64,000 nt of DNA from positions 2,364-66,363 of the forward strand of contig JAZOOD010000029.1 of assembly GCA_045654805.1 (NCBI GenBank), in the 5' to 3' direction. The DNA comes from Clostridia bacterium (lineage in GTDB: Bacteria; Bacillota; Clostridia; Monoglobales; Firm-18). Positions 57,532 to 64,000 of the stretch are shown here, piece after piece (position 1 is the stretch's first letter; every line of letters begins with the position of its first letter). A model generated the notes under the pieces. The model was not told the origin of the DNA. It did not search any database and saw nothing but the letters and a program-made list of their open reading frames with translations. The position numbers and the translations under genes were made by a program.

Positions 57532-57608
57532 GGCCGAGTAGTTCAGTTGGTTAGAACGCCAGCCTGTCACGCTGGAGGTCGAGGGTTCGAGCCCCTTCTC
57601 GGTCGCCA
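57532..57608 (+). tRNA. tRNA-Asp (GUC), CCA encoded
   Basis: Hand-folded cloverleaf with anticodon loop CUGUCAC and T loop UUCGAGC. 77 nt. Confidence 0.9.
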
Positions 57609-57623
57609 ACTTTATTTTTGTAT

Positions 57624-57699
57624 GGGAGCATAGCTCAGCTGGGAGAGCATCTGCCTTACAAGCAGAGGGTCATAGGTTCGATCCCTATTGTTCCCACCA
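57624..57699 (+). tRNA. tRNA-Val (UAC), CCA encoded
   Basis: Anticodon loop CUUACAA. GGGAGCA/UGUUCCC acceptor stem. 76 nt. Confidence 0.9.
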
Positions 57700-57703
57700 A
57701 TAT

Positions 57704-57779
57704 GCCTCTGTAGCTCAGTCGGTAGAGCAAGGGACTGAAAATCCCTGTGTCAGTGGTTCGATTCCACTCGGAGGCACCA
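57704..57779 (+). tRNA. tRNA-Phe (GAA), CCA encoded
   Basis: Anticodon loop CUGAAAA. GCCUCUG/CGGAGGC acceptor stem. 76 nt. Confidence 0.9.
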
Positions 57780-57798
57780 AATTTTCTTTTATACATAT

Positions 57799-57873
57799 GC
57801 GGGAGTGGCTCAGTGGTAGAGCGTCACCTTGCCAAGGTGAACGTCGCGAGTTCGAATCTCGTCTTCCGCTCCA
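57799..57873 (+). tRNA. tRNA-Gly (GCC), CCA encoded
   Basis: Anticodon loop UUGCCAA. 75 nt. Confidence 0.9.
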
Positions 57874-57903
57874 AAGACGCTTTAAAATGCGTCTTTTGTT
57901 TTA
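57874..57903 (+). terminator. Hairpin plus U-run after tRNA-Gly
   Basis: aagacgc-tttaaaat-gcgtctt followed by ttgtttt. Confidence 0.65.
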
Positions 57904-57930
57904 TCAATAATTAACTTAATATATACGCAC

Positions 57931-58004
57931 GGCGCTATAGCCAAGTGGTAAGGCAGAGGCCTGCAAAGCCTTTATCCCCGGTTCAAATCCGGGTGGCGCC
58001 TCCA
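57931..58004 (+). tRNA. tRNA-Cys (GCA), CCA encoded
   Basis: Anticodon loop CUGCAAA and discriminator U73. 74 nt. Confidence 0.9.
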
Positions 58005-58006
58005 AA

Positions 58007-58036
58007 AACCTTGTTCATACGAACAAGGTTTTTTTC
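58007..58036 (+). terminator. Terminator after tRNA-Cys
   Basis: aaccttgttc-atac-gaacaaggtt followed by ttttt. Confidence 0.85.
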
Positions 58037-58104
58037 ATTGTGACAATTTGACTTTTATTTGCCGATTTGGTATAATAATAGGAAATTTTAAGGGGACTGC
58101 ATAT

Positions 58105-58914
58105 ATGAACGTTATTGAAAAATTCATTATTGGAAAGAAAGGTAATTTGACTGACTGCGAAGATGGTCTGGTAATAACCAACAGTATTATAGCCGTTGTG
58201 GATGGAGCCACATCAAAAACACAAAGAAAATTTAATAATTTATCAAGTGGGATTTTTGCCAAAGAAGTCATTTGTAATATACTTAAACAAACTAATATTG
58301 AAAATTTGAATTCAGAAGAATTGTTTTCAAAACTTTCTTTTGCGTTAAAAGAAAATAGCGAGAAATTCCACAAGGACCTTAACCTTGATGAATATCCGCG
58401 TGCATGTGTTATAATATACAATAGCCTTTACCACGAGATATGGTGCTATGGAGATTGCCAGTGCATTATTAACGGAGAGCTTCACACCCACGATTCGGCT
58501 ATTGATGCTTTGAACTCCCAATTACGTGCCTTTTATCTAGAATATGCGCTTTTGGAAGGTTGCAATATTGATGAACTATCAAAAAACGACATTGGAAGAA
58601 AAGGAATCTACGATAATCTTAAAATGCAGTATATGTTTGAAAACAAGGATGTCCCCTTTGGTTTTTCTGTATTGAATGGTCAACCTATAAATCCCAAAAT
58701 GATTGTTCGTTATAAAGTAAAAGAAAATGATGAAATTGTTCTGTCAAGTGATGGATATCCGTTTTTAAAAAATACATTGGAAGAAAGTGAAAAGCAATTG
58801 GAAAATGTGTTGAAAAATGACCCTATGTGTTTTTCAATCTATAAAACTACAAAGGGTATAATTAATGGGAATTGCAGTTTTGATGACAGATGTTATTGTA
58901 AATTTATAGTATAA
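58105..58914 (+). CDS. Divergent PP2C/SpoIIE-like (PPM-fold) phosphatase-like protein
   Basis: 269 aa. The spaced acidic motifs CEDG...VVDGATS, ...SSDGYP and ...FDDRCY resemble PPM metal-binding motifs. The start was set at MNVIEKF behind AAGGGGA. The assignment is tentative. Confidence 0.4.
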   Translation: MNVIEKFIIGKKGNLTDCEDGLVITNSIIAVVDGATSKTQRKFNNLSSGIFAKEVICNILKQTNIENLNSEELFSKLSFALKENSEKFHKDLNLDEYPRACVIIYNSLYHEIWCYGDCQCIINGELHTHDSAIDALNSQLRAFYLEYALLEGCNIDELSKNDIGRKGIYDNLKMQYMFENKDVPFGFSVLNGQPINPKMIVRYKVKENDEIVLSSDGYPFLKNTLEESEKQLENVLKNDPMCFSIYKTTKGIINGNCSFDDRCYCKFIV

Positions 58915-58988
58915 GTAAGGAACTGTGGCAAAATCATTTTACAACCCAGACGCTGCAGTTTTTGCAGTAAATCAATATATTTATTTGG

Positions 58989-59017
58989 TTGACTTTAATG
59001 AGTGTATTTGTTATAAT
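58989..59017 (+). promoter_or_regulatory. Consensus promoter TTGACT-17-TATAAT with no gene directly downstream
   Basis: A good -35/-10 pair is followed by about 220 nt without a credible ORF, before a second promoter. Confidence 0.5.
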
Positions 59018-59241
59018 CTACAAAGATAATTGTGCAAGACTGTTAAAGATGATGTGATTACATATTTGAAATAATTAATGCCCTTTAATATCACTTATGC
59101 TAAACGGCAAACTGACTATGTGCAACTTATGCAAAATACTTCTCTGCTTTTTTATTTCAATTATGTCGGCCTCATTTATCTTTAATATGGTGATAATTAT
59201 TTTATTTCCTATAATGGGAAGAATACTTGGGCTCAGTGATA

Positions 59242-59270
59242 TTGCATATGGTTTATGAGATTGGTATAAT
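59242..59270 (+). promoter_or_regulatory. Proximal promoter of the YgjV-family gene (TTGCAT-17-TATAAT)
   Basis: It lies 22 nt upstream of the ATG at 59292, with AAGGA as SD. Confidence 0.55.
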
Positions 59271-59291
59271 ATAAAACGGAAGGACATAAAA

Positions 59292-59849
59292 ATGAATTTG
59301 TTAGATAATAACTTATTTTACATAATTTGCCAGATTATAGGTATAGTAGCTATGCTTTTTATGACAGCATCATTTCAATTTAAAACACAAAGGTCAATTA
59401 TTTATATCCAAATATTTTCATCTTTGTTGTTTTGCATACACTTTACCCTTTTGGGTGCTGTAATGGGGGCATTTTTAAACTTTGTGGCAATGATTCGTGC
59501 ATATGTATATTCCCACAGAGAAAAATGCCGTGCTGACCATATGGGATGGATTGTATTCTTCATTATAGTATACATACTTGGATATATTGCCACATTTACA
59601 TTGTTAGGCAAGGAAACTACTGTGAAAAACATTATATTGGAAATACTTCCGGTAATTGGAATGATAGCGGGTACTATAGGGTTTCGTATGACGAAAGCAA
59701 GCTCTGTACGCTCTCTTTCATTAGTTAATGCACCTGCGTGGTTAATATACAATCTGTTCAGCGGTTCTATCGGCGGTGCAATATCCGATTCTCTTTCTAT
59801 CATATCTTTGCTTGTTGGGAAGATAAGACTTGACTGGAAAATAAAATAA
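59292..59849 (+). CDS. YgjV family inner membrane protein
   Basis: 185 aa with 5 to 6 TM helices. The N-terminal IICQIIGIVAMLFMTASFQFK...IQIFSSLLFCIHFTLLG resembles Imp-YgjV proteins. Confidence 0.6.
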   Translation: MNLLDNNLFYIICQIIGIVAMLFMTASFQFKTQRSIIYIQIFSSLLFCIHFTLLGAVMGAFLNFVAMIRAYVYSHREKCRADHMGWIVFFIIVYILGYIATFTLLGKETTVKNIILEILPVIGMIAGTIGFRMTKASSVRSLSLVNAPAWLIYNLFSGSIGGAISDSLSIISLLVGKIRLDWKIK

Positions 59850-59850
59850 C

Positions 59851-59897
59851 AAAAGGAGTATGGCAAAATAAAATACTTTCGCTGTACTCCTTTTTTG
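59851..59897. terminator. Bidirectional terminator between the ygjV-like gene and ddl
   Basis: aaggagta...tactcctt stem flanked by A-runs and T-runs. Confidence 0.6.
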
Positions 59898-59974
59898 TAA
59901 TCAGATTAGAAAATTCCGTTTTATTTCGTATCTGACGGGGTATTTACCCTTTTCAAAGGGGTAATTTTGCATTT

Positions 59975-60907
59975 TTATTCCAAGGCTAATTTTACAATCT
60001 TATCTACCAACTGCGAAAAGCTTATTCCCACATACTTCGCAGAATCCGGCACAAGGCTTGTTTCCGTCATTCCAGGTATAGTATTTATTTCTATAACATA
60101 AGGGTTATCATTTTCATCAATCATAAAATCTATTCTGGAAATCCCCTTGCATCCCGTCTTTTTATATGCCTCTATAGCGTAATAATTTATCCTATCTTCC
60201 GCAGTTTTGCTTATACGTGCAGGGATAATATGCCGGCTCATACCCGGTGTATATTTAGACTGATAATCATAAAATTCATTTGCTGCGGTGATTTCTATAA
60301 TAGGTAAAACCTCCGGATTTTTATTACCGATAACAGGTACGCTAACTTCCGTTCCCGAAACAAACTGTTCAGCAAGCAAGGTATCGTCATACTTTAGCAC
60401 TTCCATTATTGCATCTGATATTGCTCCTTCATCACGAACTATAACCACGCCTATACTGGACCCCTGACAGGGCGCTTTTATAACCATTGGCAAGCCAAGT
60501 TGGGACACCAATTCCGCCCCAACCTTTTTGATATCTGCACATTCTTCTCTTTTATACTCCACAGCCTTTGGAGTAGGAATATTGCTCTGCAAAAGCATCT
60601 TTTTAGTAAGTGCTTTATCCATACAAATAGCACTTGCAGCAAGTCCCGGACCGGTATAAGGAATGCCCATCCATTCAAGCAATCCTTGTATGCAACCGTC
60701 TTCTCCTCCCTTTCCATGCAAGGCAAGGTACGCAACGTCTGGTTTTATTTCCGATATCTTTGCTATATTATCAGGTTGTATATCTAAAGTTTCCACCCTA
60801 TAGCCCATTTCTTCAAGTGCCTTGGCAACTGCTGTTCCGCTACGAAGTGAAACTTCCCTTTCCGTTGATATTCCGCCCATCAATACAAGGACCTTTTTGT
60901 TCTCCAT
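59975..60907 (-). CDS. ddl: D-alanine--D-alanine ligase
   Basis: VLMGGISTEREVSLRSG...LHGKGGEDGCIQGLLE...EINTIPGMTETS. Confidence 0.95.
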   Translation of the reverse strand: MENKKVLVLMGGISTEREVSLRSGTAVAKALEEMGYRVETLDIQPDNIAKISEIKPDVAYLALHGKGGEDGCIQGLLEWMGIPYTGPGLAASAICMDKALTKKMLLQSNIPTPKAVEYKREECADIKKVGAELVSQLGLPMVIKAPCQGSSIGVVIVRDEGAISDAIMEVLKYDDTLLAEQFVSGTEVSVPVIGNKNPEVLPIIEITAANEFYDYQSKYTPGMSRHIIPARISKTAEDRINYYAIEAYKKTGCKGISRIDFMIDENDNPYVIEINTIPGMTETSLVPDSAKYVGISFSQLVDKIVKLALE

Positions 60908-60991
60908 ATTTATTACCTCTTTATTATGTATTATATTAAATATTTATGATTTATCTCGTTTTTTATTATACAACAGTTCAACATTTTTTTC

Positions 60992-61020
60992 AACACAAAA
61001 AAGAAACTCCGCAGAGTTTC
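60992..61020 (-). terminator. Terminator of the flavin reductase-rubredoxin gene
   Basis: The minus strand reads gaaactc-tgcg-gagtttc followed by ttttttgtg. Confidence 0.7.
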
Positions 61021-61034
61021 CTTTTCACTATTTT

Positions 61035-61637
61035 CTACACAATCTTTTCAAAGTCATCGGGTCCGTGTTTGCACAAGGGGCAAACAAAGTTATCGGGCAA
61101 TGAATCTCCCTCATAAATATATCCGCATATTACGCATCTATAACCCTTAACCTTATTTTCGGGCTTTGGTTTTACCTTTGTATGATAATCGTCATATGTT
61201 ATAGATTTTTCTTCATTTAATATTTTAGCATCATCAAGGTCTGCCACAAACATGTAGTGAGTGTCGAAATCTACAGTTTCTATTACCTTTCCGCTTATAT
61301 ATGAATTTGAATACTTTGTAAGATACAAAAGTCCATTATCACTTCGTTCTACATCTGTAAATTCTACAAACTTATTAACGTCATTACCACTTTGGAATCC
61401 AAAGTTTTTAAAGACATCAAATGTCGCAGTTTCCGAAAGTATACTTACATTAAATATACCCGTTTTACGTATCATATCCGCCGTTTTATTGGTTTTATTC
61501 ACTACTACTGCGACACGGTTGGGAGTATTGGTTATCTGACTGAATGTATTTATTATACAACCATTATCGAAACTTTTCTCCCTTGCAATAAGCACGTACA
61601 ATCCATAACTAACCTTAAATAATGCATTAGTGTCCAT
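61035..61637 (-). CDS. Flavin reductase-like domain fused to a C-terminal rubredoxin (high-molecular-weight rubredoxin type)
   Basis: The N-terminal FKVSYGLYVL...DNGCIINT is FMN-reductase-like. The C-terminal YRCVICGYIYEGD...FVCPLCKHGPDDF is rubredoxin. The start is at 61637 behind GGAG. Confidence 0.8.
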   Translation of the reverse strand: MDTNALFKVSYGLYVLIAREKSFDNGCIINTFSQITNTPNRVAVVVNKTNKTADMIRKTGIFNVSILSETATFDVFKNFGFQSGNDVNKFVEFTDVERSDNGLLYLTKYSNSYISGKVIETVDFDTHYMFVADLDDAKILNEEKSITYDDYHTKVKPKPENKVKGYRCVICGYIYEGDSLPDNFVCPLCKHGPDDFEKIV

Positions 61638-61680
61638 TAAACACACTCCTTCAACAATATTTTTTTCTATTTTCAGGAAT

Positions 61681-62162
61681 TTATTCATTAAGCTGTTCCA
61701 AACTCACTTCTTCTATAAATGAAAATGTTGTATTATTGGGGTAAAGCCATTTCCTATTCCACGTTCACAAAATTCTCTTTTCTTTAATAGTACTTGTGTT
61801 TGACCGTACTACGATGATGACATCTCCCCCAAATCAGAAATACAGCTGTTAAGAATTACAGACGGATATCCAAATTCGCCATATTAAGCACTATACAATT
61901 AATAAGATAACCCATTTCATCAATTTTGTCAAATATACGGATTACATAATCTTCATTATTTTATATTATTCCAAAGTCTTTGCAAAATCTCCACATTTTT
62001 CCCTTATTTTTTCTGTGACTCCTGCCTCCTCATCCGTCGCTATTCATATGTCGTTATCGGAATTAGGCTTTACAGGGTTGTTGGAAATGTCCGGGGCTAC
62101 AATAATCTTTATCTCTCTGGTTTCAAATAACAGTCCGCCTGTCCTAGCTCTGTAACCATCAT
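61681..62162 (-). pseudogene. Frameshifted, nonsense-riddled relic of an unidentified small gene or genes
   Basis: A strong SD (AAGGAGGA plus 7 nt) and ATGATG lie at 62162, but a stop follows after 17 codons. Protein-like open stretches continue in the other frames. Examples are DGYRARTGGLLFETREIKIIVAPDISNNPVKPNSDNDI-TGA-IATDEEAGVTEKIREKCGDFAKTLE and NNEDYVIRIFDKIDEMGYLINCIVLNMANLDIRL. Confidence 0.4.
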
Positions 62163-62178
62163 AAAATTATCCTCCTTG

Positions 62179-62207
62179 TTGACTTGGCAGAATTATTATG
62201 ATACAAT
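62179..62207 (+). promoter_or_regulatory. Strong promoter TTGACT-17-TGaTACAAT, 250 nt upstream of the HAD gene
   Basis: Near-consensus hexamers plus an extended -10. It is divergent from the pseudogene SD. Confidence 0.55.
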
Positions 62208-62456
62208 TTCTTCATAATCCAACCCAATTATAGATATTTATAAAAATATTACTGAGAGTTGTTTTACATTTATTAAAGAGGTTAAGCCGACCATCTTCCG
62301 CATAGCTGTTTTTGACAGTTATGTAAAATATGAAAATTCAACTTTATCCAATCTCGGAATTTTCAAGCAATTTGAAATAGTTTTTTTCTAGATGAAGGTG
62401 GCAACGCTTTTATAGACAACAGAAAAATAAAATACATAATACAAAAGAGGTGCTTT

Positions 62457-63101
62457 ATGAATAAACCATATAAATCAATACTTTTTGATGTAGACGGCAC
62501 GTTGATTTTTTCTCACAAGGGATTACTTGAAGGATACAAATGCGCATTGAAAAACATAGGTATGAGTGTGCCCGACGACAAAACATTACAAAAATGTATG
62601 GGACCTGCTCCGAAAATTTCTTTAAAAGAAGTTTTAAAAGTTCCCGACGACAAACTTGAGCTTGCATACATCCTCAACAGAGGGTACGTTTATACAAAAG
62701 GATATGCTGAATTTGATATTATAAAAGGTATGGACTCCCTTGTGAAAGAACTTTATGATGCTGGATACAAGCTATATACCTCTTCTACAAAGGTCGAATG
62801 GATATGTGAGCTATGTCTTGATAAAATGGGTATTTTGCCATATTTTGAAAAAGTATGCGCCGCAAGTAATGACGGTGTAACAAGATATCTGAAGGAAGAT
62901 GTTATAGAATATGCAAAACAATGCGGGGCAGAGAACGCTATTATAATAGGGGACCGTAAATTTGATATTGATGCAGGTAAAAATTGTGACATTGATACGA
63001 TTGGAATAACATTTGGTTATGGCACAAAGGAAGAAATTAAAGAACATGACCCTACCTACATATGTGATTCGGTAGATGAAATAAGGAAAATATTACTTTA
63101 A
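62457..63101 (+). CDS. HAD-IA family hydrolase (phosphoglycolate-phosphatase-like)
   Basis: ILFDVDGTL motif I, ...SST... motif II and GDRKFDIDAG motif III/IV. SD AGAGGTG is present. Confidence 0.8.
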   Translation: MNKPYKSILFDVDGTLIFSHKGLLEGYKCALKNIGMSVPDDKTLQKCMGPAPKISLKEVLKVPDDKLELAYILNRGYVYTKGYAEFDIIKGMDSLVKELYDAGYKLYTSSTKVEWICELCLDKMGILPYFEKVCAASNDGVTRYLKEDVIEYAKQCGAENAIIIGDRKFDIDAGKNCDIDTIGITFGYGTKEEIKEHDPTYICDSVDEIRKILL

Positions 63102-63145
63102 AAAAATGATGGAAGACATTTTTTTGTCTACCATCATTTTTATTA
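63101..63145. terminator. Bidirectional terminator between the convergent HAD and MBL genes
   Basis: aaaatgatggaagac-attttttt-gtctaccatcatttt, with one mismatch. Confidence 0.7.
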
Positions 63146-63155
63146 TACTTTTTAT

Positions 63156-63941
63156 TCACTTAACAATATTTTCACTAACGTCGTATCGAGGAGCAACAGA
63201 CAGCATTATGTCCTTACCCACCTGTAAGCCTCCAAACTCGAGTTCTCTTGCAACTTCAGAAAAAGCTATTTCCGGGGAATTATTTTCGTTACTCAAATGT
63301 CCAAGCATTATATGTCTTGTTCCGTTTTTCGCAAGATAGGTAGCTAACGTACCTGTATCCTTGTTTGCAAGGTGACCGTTTTTTCCCGCAATTCTCTTTT
63401 TTAAATCTTGGGGATACGGTCCGGTTTGGAGCATATGTTCATCATAATTTGCCTCTAATATTACTGCATCACAACCTGTAAGACTGTCCTCTACTGTGTG
63501 AGTAATATGTCCAATATCAGTGGCTACAGCAAATTTTTGACCCTCCGCCTCTAAAATGTATCCTGTAGGCTGATAGGCATCGTGTGGAATATCAAATGGA
63601 GTAACCTTTATATCACCGATCTCAAAGACCTTGTTTTTAGCAAAGCAATATTTGTTTTCATCACTTATTTTTCCTATTTCCATACCAGCCCAAGTTCCCT
63701 CGCTTGCCAAAATAGGAATATTAAACTTGCGAGAAATTATACCAGCTCCTGTAGTATGGTCAATATGTTCGTGAGTAATTAATAATCGGTCAATTTCGTA
63801 GGGATCTATGCCCATATCATTTAAATAAGCGGTAATTTTTTTACCGCTTATTCCGCAATCTATTAAAATTTTAGTATTTTTACAGCAAAACAATATACAA
63901 TTACCGCTGCTGCCACTGACTATAGATTGAAACCTTATCAT
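63156..63941 (-). CDS. MBL-fold metallo-hydrolase (YycJ/WalJ-like)
   Basis: SGSSGNCILF...LLITHEHIDH motif. 261 aa. Confidence 0.85.
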   Translation of the reverse strand: MIRFQSIVSGSSGNCILFCCKNTKILIDCGISGKKITAYLNDMGIDPYEIDRLLITHEHIDHTTGAGIISRKFNIPILASEGTWAGMEIGKISDENKYCFAKNKVFEIGDIKVTPFDIPHDAYQPTGYILEAEGQKFAVATDIGHITHTVEDSLTGCDAVILEANYDEHMLQTGPYPQDLKKRIAGKNGHLANKDTGTLATYLAKNGTRHIMLGHLSNENNSPEIAFSEVARELEFGGLQVGKDIMLSVAPRYDVSENIVK

Positions 63942-64000
63942 AAAGCTACACCTTGTTCATCAACGGCACGGTCATCGCACTTTCTAACAATCTGTGCACC
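63938..64000 (-). CDS. C-terminal fragment of an unidentified upstream gene (ends ...GAQIVRKCDDRAVDEQGVAL)
   Basis: An open frame runs in from the window edge. Its TGA overlaps the ATG of the MBL gene (ATGA overlap). It is too short to identify. Confidence 0.4.
   Translation of the reverse strand, partial: GAQIVRKCDDRAVDEQGVAL

Noticed and set aside
59075-59287. 70-aa minus-strand ORF just upstream of the ygjV-like gene.
   Set aside because: It has no SD. Its start sits 4 nt from the divergent ygjV ATG, inside that gene's promoter and SD. Its composition is unremarkable, so it is probably noise.
61638-62456. A large structured ncRNA (OLE, ROOL or raiA-type), a group II intron remnant or a CRISPR array as an explanation for the 0.8-kb ORF-free gap.
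   Set aside because: There are no repeat-spacer periodicity, no intron domain V/VI-like hairpins and no extended GC-rich helices. The gene context does not match OLE. The frameshifted protein-like stretches behind an intact SD explain most of the gap better.

Overview
This 64-kb window comes from a low-GC, spore-forming Firmicute, probably a member of the Clostridia. Supporting signs are SpoIIM, AbrB-type and RemA genes, tRNAs that encode their CCA ends, and many TTGACA-17-TATAAT SigA-type promoters. The content is almost entirely core housekeeping, and falls into these groups:
- Recombination and repair: xerC/D fragment, ruvA, ruvC, pcrA, radC, dprA, topA.
- The rpmH-rnpA-yidD-yidC-jag-mnmE-mnmG block, followed directly by nifS-nifU-mnmA.
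- The yicC-remA-gmk-rpoZ block.
- Translation: infC-rpmI-rplT with an L20-type leader, rpsB-tsf, and six tRNAs.
- RNA modification: trmL, trmFO, rlmH, a TrmH-family enzyme, prmC.
- Envelope: mreB, a GT4-CsaB fusion, ddl.
- Transport and metabolism: putP, an ECF S-component, a Ca-type P-ATPase, MATE and EamA transporters, fba, asnB, and a group-B [FeFe] hydrogenase.

rpmH (29169..29303) and all six tRNAs are absent from the ORF track and were read from the sequence. Many ORF-track N-termini are over-extended, so I re-set those starts using Shine-Dalgarno spacing and family-typical N-termini.

I do not see a convincing self-contained novel system. There is no CRISPR array, prophage, integrase-bounded island or obvious defence cassette. 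The leads most worth a second look are:
1. A family of three diverged, truncated IS3-transposase tails, two of them fused to a near-identical TG...CA palindrome. Two of the copies bracket an 8.7-kb block.
2. A GT4 glycosyltransferase fused to CsaB pyruvyltransferase, next to mreB.
3. An AbrB N-domain fused to a CxxC-x14-CxxC zinc ribbon.
4. An XRE-S24 self-cleaving repressor divergent from a small acidic ORF and a Ca-ATPase.
5. An 0.8-kb coding-free stretch holding a frameshifted gene relic, plus two strong promoters followed by long untranslated leaders.

All functional calls rest on motif recognition by eye. No database search was run.
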